In this document: positions 8,639 to 19,060 of the stretch, in pieces
How positions within the stretch are numbered: the stretch's first letter is position 1
Layout: each line of letters opens with the position of its first letter
Virus record (IMG/VR): IMGVR_UViG_3300047160_006886
Span: 47,991 to 111,990 of that record
Direction: 5' to 3' (one strand)
DNA length: 64,000 nucleotides
Source of the DNA: a virus
Notes under the pieces: generated by a model
Databases searched by the model: none
What the model was told of the DNA's origin: nothing
The model's input: only the letters and a program-made list of their open reading frames with translations
Position numbers and translations under genes: made by a program

Positions 8639-10946
8639 CGCGCATTACCCTCCCGAACAGTCCTCTCATACTTTCCGTCAGCCGCCACATTTCCTGCCCC
8701 TCGACCACCCCGGCCGTCCCTCCCTTGTGATAATACTCGGTCACGCCGATGGCCCGGAGGAACCGCAGCAGCTTCGTGGTGCGGTCGTGGGTCTGGTTGG
8801 TCACCGTGGCAATCCCCGAGCGGTGATTGCCCTGCGTGCCCTGCTTGAACAACCAACGGACCATGTCGAGCGTGGTCCCTCGGGCCGTGTCGAAGGCGAT
8901 CTGTCGGACCTGGGCCATCACCGGCTCGTCCACGCTCTTCCTTTGATACACGCCGGCGAGGCAGATGGCCAGCTTGCCGATCTGGCCGACGAGGCGGGAC
9001 GACAGCTCCCGCGATGAGTGCTCCTCCTGATGCCGCGACGGTCTGGCCCGCAAGCAACTCACAAACTTGCCGAGGTCATTGCAACGCTCGGCGATCTCCT
9101 CGTCGACCGCCACACCGTGCAGGATCTGCACGTCTTGCTCGCGGAGGAAGTTGACGTACCCGGCCGTCATCTGCATCGCCAAGACCATCTCCTTCGAGCG
9201 AGTCAAGGCGATGGAGGACTCGTCGCCGTTCTCGGTGGCGTTGCGGACCACCCGCCAGAACGTCCTGAGACCGATGTTCCGCTCGGAGTCCTCGTCGATC
9301 TTCTCCATCATCACCACGTCGAGGAAGCGCTCGCCCAGCTCCGAGGAGTCGATCTTCCGCAGCGAGTCCGTGCCGCAGATGATGATGCCGAGCTTGATGT
9401 TGTCGTACCGCCGCGAGATGCCGTGGAGGTAATGGACCCTGGCCGCCCCGTCGTACAGGTCTCGCAGCTCGCCGAAGACCTTCGACGGATCGGCCGAGGT
9501 CAAGAGCGTGTCGCCGTCCTTGATCACGAGCGTCTTGTTCTGAATCAGGGGCACCAGGCCGTGATCCTCCTCCCCCTTCTTGTCGGTCTTCCACCCCGAG
9601 TGCATGCCGGTCATCTTCGAGAGCGGGAACACCCAGTCGGTGGCCACGGCCAGGGCTTCGCACAAAGTGCTCTTGCCGGTCGAGGCGGGCGACATCACTT
9701 TGATCCAAAGGGGGTCATCGGACAACCGGGTCGAGAGCACGGTCGCGAGCATCGCCGCCAGAGCCTTCTCCAACCCCTCGGACCACTCCATCGCCTTCCG
9801 CCAACAGTTCTTCAGCTCGGCCCACGATTCGCACCGGAGAGGCTCGATCTGGACCGACCCCGGCCTCGACGCTGGCGACGACGACGTGGACAGCCATTCG
9901 GACGGGATGGGCTTGATCTTCGGCAGCAGCTCCTCGCCGAGCAGCTTGATCCGTTCTGGCAACGTCTCTCCTTGCGACAAGAGATCCCGCACGTCGAAGC
10001 CGGACTTCAGGCTTGGGTCATAGCCGAACACGCCCCACTCCAGCCACTCGACCCTCGACGGCTTCTTCTCGGCAGCAGACAAGATCCTGACCGCCCGCTT
10101 CGAGGCGTCGAACCCGGCTGGAGGCACGTCCTGACCGTTGTATTGCCTCGGATGGTCCGAATCGAAGCACAGGATCACCCGCTTGCCGGCGAACAGCGGA
10201 GCCCATTTTGCGAACGGCGTGCCGACCGATCCGCAGCCAGGGATTGCCAGCACGGCTGACCCGGCGAGCAACGAAGACGATTCCGACCCCGTCTCGGCCA
10301 AGCCGTCCTCCGTCTCCTTCGCGGACTTCAACACCTCCCACAAGGCCATCCCGTCCCAGGGACCTTCCGTCAAGTGAATGCTCGTCGCTTTCCGGTCCCA
10401 CGTCATCGGAGCGAACAGGCCGTGGCCAAGACCGGACGTGGCGTGCAACTCCATCCTGCCTGACTTGCCCTTGACCAACTTGTAAAGTTGACAAAACTTG
10501 CCATTGACGTCGTAAGCAGGCAACAACCAATTGCCATTGATGATCGATCTCGCGACTCCCCACTGGGTCAGCGTGTCGGGCCAGAGCAGCTTCCTCTCCT
10601 CGGCCAGGGCCTTCGTGTGCCCGTTCGTGCGCTCATACGATCTCTGCCACAGGCACTTGAGGAACGACAGCACGTTGCCGCCGACCTTTGGACCCTCCTT
10701 CGTCTCGTGCTGACCCTCGGGACACACCCAGCACCGCCACTGGCCAGTCTCGATCTTGACGTTGAACTTCCCTTCGCGACCGCAGAAGGGACAATCGGAG
10801 ATCGCTTCCCGACCGTTGACTCGGGGATCGAGTCCGTGGAACCGAAAAGGCTTGAGGAAGTCCTGTCCCTGCCCGTCACCTGGTGGAAGCGAAGTCTCTC
10901 GGACTTGACTTCCCGTTGCTGCTGACCTTTGCTCTGCCGTTGGCAT
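8625..10946 (-). CDS. Primase-helicase (Zn finger, TOPRIM, AAA+ P-loop)
   Basis: CPFC..CWVC; TEGPWD..CFDSD; SPASTGKST; RBS before MPTAEQ. Confidence 0.82.
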   Translation of the reverse strand: MPTAEQRSAATGSQVRETSLPPGDGQGQDFLKPFRFHGLDPRVNGREAISDCPFCGREGKFNVKIETGQWRCWVCPEGQHETKEGPKVGGNVLSFLKCLWQRSYERTNGHTKALAEERKLLWPDTLTQWGVARSIINGNWLLPAYDVNGKFCQLYKLVKGKSGRMELHATSGLGHGLFAPMTWDRKATSIHLTEGPWDGMALWEVLKSAKETEDGLAETGSESSSLLAGSAVLAIPGCGSVGTPFAKWAPLFAGKRVILCFDSDHPRQYNGQDVPPAGFDASKRAVRILSAAEKKPSRVEWLEWGVFGYDPSLKSGFDVRDLLSQGETLPERIKLLGEELLPKIKPIPSEWLSTSSSPASRPGSVQIEPLRCESWAELKNCWRKAMEWSEGLEKALAAMLATVLSTRLSDDPLWIKVMSPASTGKSTLCEALAVATDWVFPLSKMTGMHSGWKTDKKGEEDHGLVPLIQNKTLVIKDGDTLLTSADPSKVFGELRDLYDGAARVHYLHGISRRYDNIKLGIIICGTDSLRKIDSSELGERFLDVVMMEKIDEDSERNIGLRTFWRVVRNATENGDESSIALTRSKEMVLAMQMTAGYVNFLREQDVQILHGVAVDEEIAERCNDLGKFVSCLRARPSRHQEEHSSRELSSRLVGQIGKLAICLAGVYQRKSVDEPVMAQVRQIAFDTARGTTLDMVRWLFKQGTQGNHRSGIATVTNQTHDRTTKLLRFLRAIGVTEYYHKGGTAGVVEGQEMWRLTESMRGLFGRVMRDAKS

Positions 10947-13071
10947 GTCCCTCTCCTGTCTTCTCCTTGATCTTGACACCTTCCGACCAATTGTCCGTGT
11001 GCCACTTCATCGACACCGGCGTGACCACACCGATGTCGTCTCCGCCCTGTCGCATCAGCCGTCGCAGCTCGCTCGCGATCCCGAGGTTGCTCCTCTCCGG
11101 TTCCTTGATCGGGTCTCCTCGCTTCGGGAAGGCGAAGAGCAGTTCATCATGCACTTGAAGGATGATCTTGCCTCCCGACCGCCTCCCCCGCTCGGTCCGT
11201 GTCAGGAAATCGTGGCAGCGGATCTGGGCCTTCAACATCCACCAGCAGGCCGAACCGGACGTGTGGTACGACATCGGCAGCGTGGGCTTGACATTGCCCC
11301 GCTCCGTGCGAAAGCAAAGGATCGGATACCCTCGTTCGGGATCGACGGTCCGGTCGGGGATCGTCTCGACGAACCCGTGCTCGTCGGCGAACCGGATCAG
11401 GCTCCTCGCCAAGGCGTCGATCTTCGGGAACCGGTCCGAGACGAGGTCGAATCCGCCGACGACTCCGAACGTGGCATCGACCTTCTTCCTTTGAGCTCCG
11501 TACTGCCTCGCGAAGTTGCCGCACTTGATCCGGTGATACTGATACGGGAACTCCTCTTTGAAGCCTGCTCCCCTCACGGCACTGCGGAACTCCTTCGGGA
11601 AGAGCAGCTCAGCGACCACCGAGTGATAGCTGCCGAAGTGAGGAGGATCGTCGGGATGCTCGAAGACCCAGATCAAGTCGTTCTCGCCGACCTCGTATGC
11701 GGGCACTCGCAGCTCCAAGTTCTCGCCGTCCATCGAGCACCATTCCCAGCCCGGTTCGGGACCGAACATCCAGCGGATGTTGTGCCCCTTGCGGTCGGCG
11801 TCGAGACCGTCGGCAGCTTCCTCGGCGATCCCTTGTTGCGAGATCTGTTGACCATTCGGGTGTTCCGATGCCATCCGCAAATGGGCCGTCGCCGTCGGGT
11901 TGAGGTTCGGGTGCAAGCGGAAGTGATCGGCGAGGTCGGCTCCGTCGTCGCCGGGGATCGGCAAGCCGTACTTCTCGTATGCCTTGACGAACGACAGGCC
12001 GGTCTGGCGGCGACGGTAAGCGAGCAAGTTGCTGATGAACGTGTGCGGCTTGCCCTTGGTCGAGAGCAGCCAGTCCTCCAGGACCTCCTTGTCCATCGAC
12101 ACGTTGCCCTTCTTCGTCCGCTTCGGATGAGACAACCCGAACTTGTCGAACACCACCGCGTTCAAGGCGTTCGAGCGGCCGTTCTTCGGCAACGCCTTGA
12201 TCTCGCCATCGGCCGCATCGACGCACTTGCGGTGACACTCGGCGGCGGCTCGTTCGTATTGTCCTCCGAGCGTGCGGGCTCGGCTCTTGATGCCGGTCAG
12301 CCCGTTGCCCTCGATGCACACGACGACGGGATGGACTCGCATGGCCGTCTCGAAGATGGCCCACAACTTCCTCCGCCGGATCTCCCGCTCTTGATGTCGC
12401 CACAAGTGCCAGGTCGCGAACGAGTCGGCGTTGGCGTACTCGCTCGTCACGACCCAGAACCTGTGACCCATGCACCGGAAGCAGCCCCAGCCGACCCATT
12501 CGTGCCGGCAATCCGGCTCGGGCCGAGGCCAGTCCTTCTCCAAAGCCAAGGCTCGCGGCAGCCAGTAATCGTATCGCCAGGTCTTCTCCTTCGCCGACGG
12601 CATCTCGGGCAGCTCATCGCTCGCGATCCGCCAGTCCGGGAAGTCGATCCGGGCCGCGTCCCTCGCCTCCTTCACCGCCTCTTCGAGCGTCTTCTCGAAC
12701 GGGCCGATGTCGAGTCCCACGTCCCATGCCATCGATGTCAGATCGTGGGGTTGGTTCGTGGCGAGCAGATGCCCAGCCCGCAAGGTGCAGCGTGTCTTCT
12801 CCCACGGCCACTCGTCGGCCTTGACACAGCCGGCCCGGTCGAGGACGCGGACATCAAACTTCGCATTTTGCAGACACAGCTCATCGGCGGAGAGGATCAG
12901 CTCGCGGATCTCGGCGAGATCGTCCTCGGGAATCTCCGGCCTGCGGGTGAAAGGATCGACCGGCCATTCCCAGAACCTTTGACTTTCGTCTCCGGTGCAG
13001 GTCGTGACCAGGAACGGCAGAGCACCATGAAACAGATCGACGCCCGTAACTTCTGTGTCAATCGACAGCAT
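10876..13071 (-). CDS. polA: Family A DNA polymerase with 3'-5' exonuclease
   Basis: IDTEVTG, NAKFD; motif A MDGENLELR; motif B KCGNFARQYG; motif C QVHDEL. Confidence 0.92.
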   Translation of the reverse strand: MLSIDTEVTGVDLFHGALPFLVTTCTGDESQRFWEWPVDPFTRRPEIPEDDLAEIRELILSADELCLQNAKFDVRVLDRAGCVKADEWPWEKTRCTLRAGHLLATNQPHDLTSMAWDVGLDIGPFEKTLEEAVKEARDAARIDFPDWRIASDELPEMPSAKEKTWRYDYWLPRALALEKDWPRPEPDCRHEWVGWGCFRCMGHRFWVVTSEYANADSFATWHLWRHQEREIRRRKLWAIFETAMRVHPVVVCIEGNGLTGIKSRARTLGGQYERAAAECHRKCVDAADGEIKALPKNGRSNALNAVVFDKFGLSHPKRTKKGNVSMDKEVLEDWLLSTKGKPHTFISNLLAYRRRQTGLSFVKAYEKYGLPIPGDDGADLADHFRLHPNLNPTATAHLRMASEHPNGQQISQQGIAEEAADGLDADRKGHNIRWMFGPEPGWEWCSMDGENLELRVPAYEVGENDLIWVFEHPDDPPHFGSYHSVVAELLFPKEFRSAVRGAGFKEEFPYQYHRIKCGNFARQYGAQRKKVDATFGVVGGFDLVSDRFPKIDALARSLIRFADEHGFVETIPDRTVDPERGYPILCFRTERGNVKPTLPMSYHTSGSACWWMLKAQIRCHDFLTRTERGRRSGGKIILQVHDELLFAFPKRGDPIKEPERSNLGIASELRRLMRQGGDDIGVVTPVSMKWHTDNWSEGVKIKEKTGEGHANGRAKVSSNGKSSPRDFASTR

Positions 13072-13320
13072 GATCCACACCGCACCATCGACATGCCAAG
13101 GGAGGGGAAGGCGAGGGAAAAGACCTGCGTGAGCGAGAGGAGAAGCGGCGCTCACTCACGCAGGCGTCAAGGGGGAACAGGATGAACCGGCGGGCCGGGA
13201 AGCCGGAGGACTGCAACCTGCGTCATCCTCTCTCGGAGTCGCCATAAGACTCATGTCCGCTAGTCAAGACGTTAGGCCACGCAGCGTTCTGAGGTTTGAC
13301 GGCTTCCTTCGGCCCTCAGA

Positions 13321-14457
13321 TCAATCGTGAATCAGGTCGGCCCACGGGATGGCTTGGGGCAGACCGCCGGAGACGATCATCTTCTTCGTGGTGTTGTTCT
13401 TGGCCGTGACGGTTTCTTTCTTCTCGTTGACGGTGACCACTTCGATCTCGATGGCCTTGAGCGGCTTTTTCGTGGTCTTGTCTCGTAGTGGGTTGCCTTT
13501 GGCATCCGTCGGCTTCCACTTGACCACGGCACCCTTCTCGGGCTTCCACGCTTCCGGCTCGGAGGTTTCTTCCTGCTGCCCCTCTCCCTCGTCCCCGGCG
13601 GATTGAGCGGTCTTGATCGACGCGGCCACATCGTCCCAGCTCGGCATGTCGGCCGCTCCCTCAACCCCGCATTCGGCGGCCAACTCCAAGAGCCGTTCGC
13701 GATACGGCTTGGCTTGATCATCGTCCTCGCCGTTGGCAGCTTCGAGGAGCTGGTCCACGTCGAGGTCGGCGAGGGCGACTTGGCCCTCGTTGTCGGACGG
13801 CTCGTCGACGGCCGGAGCACGATCACTGCTCGCGTCGCCGGCCTCTCCGCTCGTCTCGTCCGAGGTCACGCCGGCTCCCGGGTCGACCTGGCCGTTGTAC
13901 TCGCATTTGGCGAGCATGTTCGTGAACACGCCGCCCTCGATGGTCTTCTTCGGGTCTTTCGGGTCGGGTCGGTCCTTGGCTTTCGCCGTGGAGTAGTTGA
14001 AGTATGGCTTGTCCTTCTGCAGGTGCTCCAAGATGCCGTCCATCTGCTCGAACGATACGGCCTCCATGCTCTTGACGCCGAGGAGCCTGCCGACGTGATC
14101 GAGCATGAAATTGTACCAGTTCTTGAGGCTGCCCGGGATCTTCTGCGGGCCGATGGTCCGCTTTGGCGTATCGCACATCGGGAACATGAACGGTCCGACG
14201 AGCTGCCCGGCCACTTGCACGCCGTCGTGCTCCTCGGGAGTCTTGGCCACGCCCATGAGCAGCACGTAAGGCTTGCCTTGATTGTCTCCCGAATCGTACT
14301 TGCCAACCCTCGCTTGCGTCAGCTGAGCGACGCCCCGGTTGATGCCGGCAGGCAGTCCTCCTCCCGACACCGGGTTCGACTTCGTCTCCTCATGCACCTG
14401 CTTGCCCCGTTGCCCGAGGGCTGCGGCAAGCGTCGTCTTCGCGGTCTGTCCTGGCAT
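13321..14457 (-). CDS. Putative ssDNA-binding/replication accessory protein
   Basis: Between Sak4-like ATPase and Pol; acidic linker; strong codon bias; call by context only. Confidence 0.45.
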   Translation of the reverse strand: MPGQTAKTTLAAALGQRGKQVHEETKSNPVSGGGLPAGINRGVAQLTQARVGKYDSGDNQGKPYVLLMGVAKTPEEHDGVQVAGQLVGPFMFPMCDTPKRTIGPQKIPGSLKNWYNFMLDHVGRLLGVKSMEAVSFEQMDGILEHLQKDKPYFNYSTAKAKDRPDPKDPKKTIEGGVFTNMLAKCEYNGQVDPGAGVTSDETSGEAGDASSDRAPAVDEPSDNEGQVALADLDVDQLLEAANGEDDDQAKPYRERLLELAAECGVEGAADMPSWDDVAASIKTAQSAGDEGEGQQEETSEPEAWKPEKGAVVKWKPTDAKGNPLRDKTTKKPLKAIEIEVVTVNEKKETVTAKNNTTKKMIVSGGLPQAIPWADLIHD

Positions 14458-14550
14458 GATCTTTCGTCCTCACTTTCTGCTGATGAAAATGGGGAGCCGT
14501 ACTGTGCTCCGTCGAGCGTTTCCGGACTCCCCGGCCACGTGGATTTCCCT

Positions 14551-15459
14551 TCATTTTACGACAGTTTTCGGCAAATTCTTGAGCGGCGAGACGGGATCGC
14601 CCCGGCTCAGCTTGTCGATGATCTCGAACGCCGAGACCGTCGGTCTTTGCCCGGTCCGGCCGAGCACGACGATCTCGGGCAGCAGGTCCGGCCTGGTCGT
14701 GCGGAACTTCGTGTAATACGTGTCGAGCTGATCGCAGCAACGCAGGCAATATTCGGTCCCGGCCCGCACCTTGCTCACGGCGTCTGTGCCTGGAATCTTC
14801 TGCTCGACGAATCGAGGCCGGAGAAAAGTCTGGACAAAGAAATCGAACTCGCGGTTGAGGAACAGGCACACCGACGGTGTCGTGCCGGCGTTCACGACCG
14901 GGGCGATGATGTCTGATGTCTTGTCCTCCTCCGTGCCGGAGAAGACCCGCTCGTGGGCGACCACGACCAGGTGACCGGGCAAGTTCAGGAGTGGGCGGAA
15001 CATGTCCTTGATGTCGATGGCGATCTGTCCCCATGTCCGCTTGTTGTCGCCGATGATGGGACGTTGCAACGGCACCTCCTCCAGGCCAAGGACTTCCTTC
15101 AGGTCGAGGTCTTGGAGTCCGCCGACGTGGTCCAGGACCACAGTAGCGAAGCTCGGAGCCTCCTCCTTGACGATCCGGCGGAACTGATCCGTGGACGAGA
15201 TCACCGTCGCCTTGACCTTCTTCCGCATCTCGGGCGTGTTGATGCTCCGCAACTCGCCGGGCCTCAGACCGGACGAGCACACGAGGGCCAAGATCGGTCC
15301 CGGAAACGATGACCAGAGCGTGGTCTTGCCGGTGCGGCTCTGCCCATACACCACGAGCCGGATCTGGTCGATGAAGTCCCAGGCCGACTGATCAACCGTC
15401 GATTTCTGACTCAGGGACGGCCTGCTGTTGCTTGCGACTTGCTTCGTCACCGTCGGCAT
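14551..15459 (-). CDS. AAA_24/Sak4-like ATPase
   Basis: VVYGQSRTGKTT, TVVLDH, VVVAHE. Confidence 0.8.
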   Translation of the reverse strand: MPTVTKQVASNSRPSLSQKSTVDQSAWDFIDQIRLVVYGQSRTGKTTLWSSFPGPILALVCSSGLRPGELRSINTPEMRKKVKATVISSTDQFRRIVKEEAPSFATVVLDHVGGLQDLDLKEVLGLEEVPLQRPIIGDNKRTWGQIAIDIKDMFRPLLNLPGHLVVVAHERVFSGTEEDKTSDIIAPVVNAGTTPSVCLFLNREFDFFVQTFLRPRFVEQKIPGTDAVSKVRAGTEYCLRCCDQLDTYYTKFRTTRPDLLPEIVVLGRTGQRPTVSAFEIIDKLSRGDPVSPLKNLPKTVVK

Positions 15460-15619
15460 GTGGTTGTCCTTTCTCCAACAATTCCGACCTGAAGATGGGC
15501 ACCTCTCGCGGTGCCTCGATCCCCAGCCGGACCTTGCCTCTGTCTATCTCCCTGACCGTGACGACCACGTCATCACCGATCACGATTGACTCTCCCAACT
15601 TCCTGACGATTACAAGCAT
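15392..15619 (-). CDS. csrA: Carbon storage regulator CsrA
   Basis: MLVIVRKLGESIVIGDD..VRLGIEAPREVPIFRSEL. Confidence 0.92.
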   Translation of the reverse strand: MLVIVRKLGESIVIGDDVVVTVREIDRGKVRLGIEAPREVPIFRSELLEKGQPHADGDEASRKQQQAVPESEIDG

Positions 15620-15644
15620 CAGAGACTCCTTTCCTCGTTCGGCG

Positions 15645-16826
15645 TCATTGTAACTCCGGAAAGAGATTCATGACCCTCTGCATTCCTACCATTGAACCGG
15701 TGGCAAGATGATAGTCCATGTCGGAAGGACGCCCCTCCAGTAAAGGATTCCACACGCCGTATGGTAATCTAAAGTGCAGCGATTTCGCTCCTCCCCATAC
15801 CTTGCAGTTGCCATCGTCGTTGACTACTTGCCACCAATCGCAGAGCTGCTCCAGGATCGGATCGAGGCACTGCCGCTTGAACTTGGCGATGTCCTCCTGA
15901 CTGATCTCGACCTTCCAGCGGTAGAACCAGCCGTCAGGAGCATCCGGGGTCGCCATCCATTCGCGGATCTTCTCCTGCAACCGCTCGCACAGGTGAGCGA
16001 TGGACTCATCCTTGCCGAGCCGCACATCGCCCTTGCCGCCGGAGAGCGGCCGGCGGATGACGTTGTAATCGACTCCGGCAATGGGGGCATCACTCAAAGC
16101 CGTTCCATCCGCCGCTCGCAAGGCAGGCTTTCCAAGCTCATTCTCCATCGGTTCAGATTCCATTTGAGTCTGCAACGCTACAAGATACATCATGGTTTGC
16201 AGATCGAAGCTCAACTGACTCGTGATCTGCTGCTCGTCGATGTCCCCCTTCGTCTTCGTCTCGAACAGCCTGATCCCGGCCGCTCGACCCTTGCTGACGA
16301 GGTTCACCCCGTCCCACTTGCCCCGGAGCCTGACCGTTCGTCCTGATGGCAGTTTATAAGGCACATCGAACATCTGTTCGGCGAGCAACGGAGTCTTGTC
16401 CTTCTGGTCCTTGTTCTTCGACCAGTGCTTGACGTACAACGGAAACATCGCCTTGCAGAGCTGGTAGTATTTGTCGATCTCCCCCTGCTGAGTCGGGTAA
16501 CGCTTGCAGAGTTGCCTTCCATATTCAGCCAAAGCCCGTTCTACTGCTTGAGATTGGAGATTGCCTCCGTACTTTGCCAACTGCTCCTCGCAGACATGCC
16601 AGCACGATCCGAACTCCAAACGATGCGAGAAGGAGTCGGCAGGCTTGATGCCCTCGACAATCAGCAGGCGGAAGCGCTCTCGGCAGACGAGGAAGCGGGA
16701 CAGGAGCGACTGCGTGACTCCTCCTTGTGGCCCTTCGCCGTTCGGTCCCGTCCAAACCGGACCCCTCGGTTGCAGATTCACCTCCGGAATCTTCTTGCCT
16801 TTCAACGCTTGTGCCAAAGTCGTCAC
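15645..16826 (-). CDS. PD-(D/E)XK exonuclease (RecB-like)
   Basis: FGSCWH..E; LRGKWDG..ETKT; QTMMY. Confidence 0.75.
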   Translation of the reverse strand: MTTLAQALKGKKIPEVNLQPRGPVWTGPNGEGPQGGVTQSLLSRFLVCRERFRLLIVEGIKPADSFSHRLEFGSCWHVCEEQLAKYGGNLQSQAVERALAEYGRQLCKRYPTQQGEIDKYYQLCKAMFPLYVKHWSKNKDQKDKTPLLAEQMFDVPYKLPSGRTVRLRGKWDGVNLVSKGRAAGIRLFETKTKGDIDEQQITSQLSFDLQTMMYLVALQTQMESEPMENELGKPALRAADGTALSDAPIAGVDYNVIRRPLSGGKGDVRLGKDESIAHLCERLQEKIREWMATPDAPDGWFYRWKVEISQEDIAKFKRQCLDPILEQLCDWWQVVNDDGNCKVWGGAKSLHFRLPYGVWNPLLEGRPSDMDYHLATGSMVGMQRVMNLFPELQ

Positions 16827-17260
16827 AGCTCATACCTCCTGCGTTCGGGCGGAGCAGAGACGACGATCTCCCGCTCGCCGAACCATTCGGGATTCAACAC
16901 GCACTTGCCGTCTTCTCGCACCCGCGTCAGGACCGCGTGGGACGGCAGCTTGCTCCACGCCTTGCGGAAGACGTATACTCTGGTTGGGAAGTCTCCCGCT
17001 CTCCGGTCATGGGAGCGGATCACGTCGCAGAGGCAAGCCGCGTCGAGGAGAGAACAGGAGAAGGCGACGCCGCCCTCATCCATTCGGCTCGGGTCGAAGC
17101 GGATCGGCGTGCGGTCGATCTTCTCGGTCAGCCGCATCATCTCCCGCATCACGGAGTCGATCCTGTCGATGTCAAAGATGTTGATGCCGAGACGTACTCC
17201 ATCATGGTTCTGCCCTGGCTCGGGATCAACCTTCTTGACTCGCTCGCTCGGCAACGGCAT
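16823..17260 (-). CDS. Hypothetical protein
   Basis: Operonic ORF with ATGA overlap. Confidence 0.55.
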   Translation of the reverse strand: MPLPSERVKKVDPEPGQNHDGVRLGINIFDIDRIDSVMREMMRLTEKIDRTPIRFDPSRMDEGGVAFSCSLLDAACLCDVIRSHDRRAGDFPTRVYVFRKAWSKLPSHAVLTRVREDGKCVLNPEWFGEREIVVSAPPERRRYEL

Positions 17261-17263
17261 GGA

Positions 17264-17578
17264 TCATAACTCCTTTACGTCTGCTGGAAACCGCTCGGCA
17301 TCCTTCGGCTTGAACGACCTGACCCAAGCCCTCAGCAATTCGCTGCCTCTGACCGCGATGCTCTTTTTGCCCCAGCGGAGCAAGATGAAATCAGTCCCGA
17401 GTCCCGTCCCTGTGTCAATGGAGCCGAGACCCTTCCCCATCTCTAGCATATTCGCACGAAACCCGAGCGTAAGGATCTCTTCGTCGCTGACCTCGACGTA
17501 AGGAACGCTCAAAGCGAGCCGCTTCTTCCGGAACGGAGACTCGATACGTTTTCCTCCGATGCTGACTTCGGTTCTCAT
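17264..17578 (-). CDS. Hypothetical protein
   Basis: MRTEVSIGG start overlaps the UDG stop; GGAGG RBS. Confidence 0.55.
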   Translation of the reverse strand: MRTEVSIGGKRIESPFRKKRLALSVPYVEVSDEEILTLGFRANMLEMGKGLGSIDTGTGLGTDFILLRWGKKSIAVRGSELLRAWVRSFKPKDAERFPADVKEL

Positions 17579-18213
17579 GGAACATTCACCTCCAACATCT
17601 CCCTCACGGCGTTCCTGATCCTGACCACAGACTTCTTGATCCCCATCGACTTCTGCACCGGATTGACTCCCGGCTTGAGGTACGCTCCGGGATGCGTGAT
17701 GTCGATCATGGGGATGTCCTTGTCGAACGTGATGCCTCGCAGCATCTTCGAGTTCAGCCAGTCGTTGGCGATGGAACCGACGCAGACGATCAACTGGGGA
17801 TCGGCGATCCGCACGAACTCGACCAGCCGCTCGGAGCAGGCCCTGATCTCCTCCGGCAACGGCTGACCTGTCTTGTTGCCGTCCTCGTCGAGCGGCAGGC
17901 AGCAGACCAAGTTGGTCCATGCGAGCCGCAGCGAGTCCGAGATCCATTCTCGCCGCTTGCCTTGACCGTTCTCGACCCATCCGAACCGGCCATGAGCGGA
18001 GAGGGCCTCGCCGACGATGTCGTCGAGCAACAGCCCGGCCGGACCACGGAACGGCACGCCGTCGGAGTCCTCCGAGAATCCCGGTGCTTCTCCGATCAGG
18101 AGAAGATCACACGGCAGTTGTCCCTTGGCGAGCACCACATGCTGACGGTTCTCGCAGAGCTTGCACGCTCGACAATCCTTCCACCGCTCGACGTGCTGCT
18201 GCCAAGGAGTCAT
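17575..18213 (-). CDS. Uracil-DNA glycosylase family 4 (Fe-S)
   Basis: CRACKL, IGEAPG, PFRGPAG, TNLVCC, HPG. Confidence 0.88.
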   Translation of the reverse strand: MTPWQQHVERWKDCRACKLCENRQHVVLAKGQLPCDLLLIGEAPGFSEDSDGVPFRGPAGLLLDDIVGEALSAHGRFGWVENGQGKRREWISDSLRLAWTNLVCCLPLDEDGNKTGQPLPEEIRACSERLVEFVRIADPQLIVCVGSIANDWLNSKMLRGITFDKDIPMIDITHPGAYLKPGVNPVQKSMGIKKSVVRIRNAVREMLEVNVP

Positions 18214-18377
18214 CGTCTCTCCCTCCTGTTGACCTTCGCGATCTCCGCGTCCACGTCGAACTCGATCCAAGGAACGCAGGAACTCCCTCCCGACGCCGTG
18301 AGTGCCATCGCGTCCGGTGACGCGGGCAACCCACCTCCTCTTCGGATCGGCGTCCCACTTCGACGTCAAGAGCAAAC

Positions 18378-18572
18378 TCACGACTCATCTCCTTGCTCTT
18401 CGGCAGCCGACTCTTCTTCGGATTTCATCTCTTCAGCTGCTTGGATCTCCTCTTCCACGGCAGCTTTCCACTCTCGGAGATTCGCAAGGTATACCCCGAC
18501 AGAGCACTTTACTTTCCTGCCGTCGCTGATCGCTTTCTGAATGATGGCATCCAGCTTATCATCTGCACTCAT
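18378..18572 (-). CDS. Small acidic hypothetical protein
   Basis: Translationally coupled ORF. Confidence 0.5.
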   Translation of the reverse strand: MSADDKLDAIIQKAISDGRKVKCSVGVYLANLREWKAAVEEEIQAAEEMKSEEESAAEEQGDES

Positions 18573-19060
18573 GACTTGATCCTTCTGCAATACTCGGCGA
18601 GCAGCAAGGCATCACACGTTGCCAAGGTCACGTTGACCTGGGGGAAGAGTTGCTGTGCTTTCTGCTTCAATCGATTCTTGAACTGTCCCTTGCTCTCGCC
18701 GTTCGAGCGAGCGATCACTCCGAGAGCCTTTTGCCACGTCCTCGGATGCACTTCGTCGAAAGGAATACCGGCGGCGGTCAGGCATCCACGAAGGAAGCCG
18801 TAAGAACTGCCAAACTTGAACATAGCACTCCCGATGTTGCCTGCCGACCCTGGCATAAACCCTCCCACCTTCTCGATGACAGCGAAGCAAGTCAGCTCCA
18901 CGTGATCAGAGCGGTCTTGAACATCTGACGATCCGACGATGTCCCAAATGTCCCTTTCCGTCTTTGGCATGGCATGGAGGACCGGAGGAACATCCAAGTA
19001 ATCGCAGACGACGGCGATCCCACCCGACGCCCCCGGATCAACTCCGATGAAGATGCTCAT
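18569..19060 (-). CDS. RuvC-like Holliday junction resolvase
   Basis: IGVDPG, VIEKV, FKFG.SYG, P.TWQK, DALLLA. Confidence 0.85.
   Translation of the reverse strand: MSIFIGVDPGASGGIAVVCDYLDVPPVLHAMPKTERDIWDIVGSSDVQDRSDHVELTCFAVIEKVGGFMPGSAGNIGSAMFKFGSSYGFLRGCLTAAGIPFDEVHPRTWQKALGVIARSNGESKGQFKNRLKQKAQQLFPQVNVTLATCDALLLAEYCRRIKS

Noticed and set aside
10945-13185. Long plus-strand ORFs antisense to polA (similarly 9018-10259, 13603-14916, 47299-48741)
   Set aside because: Shadow ORFs from GC-rich codon bias; the opposite strand carries the recognisable motifs
13200-13280. Bona fide tRNA gene
   Set aside because: No TTC T-loop and no 7-bp acceptor stem; kept only as a low-interest structure
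14479-14545. CTGATGA as a hammerhead ribozyme core
   Set aside because: Antisense to local transcription and no matching stem II-GAAA/stem III arrangement; a simple hairpin explains it
18214-18381. In-frame 56-aa extension of UDG
   Set aside because: Strong GGAGG RBS before MTPW; the extension looks like a remnant of another small gene and cannot be resolved here
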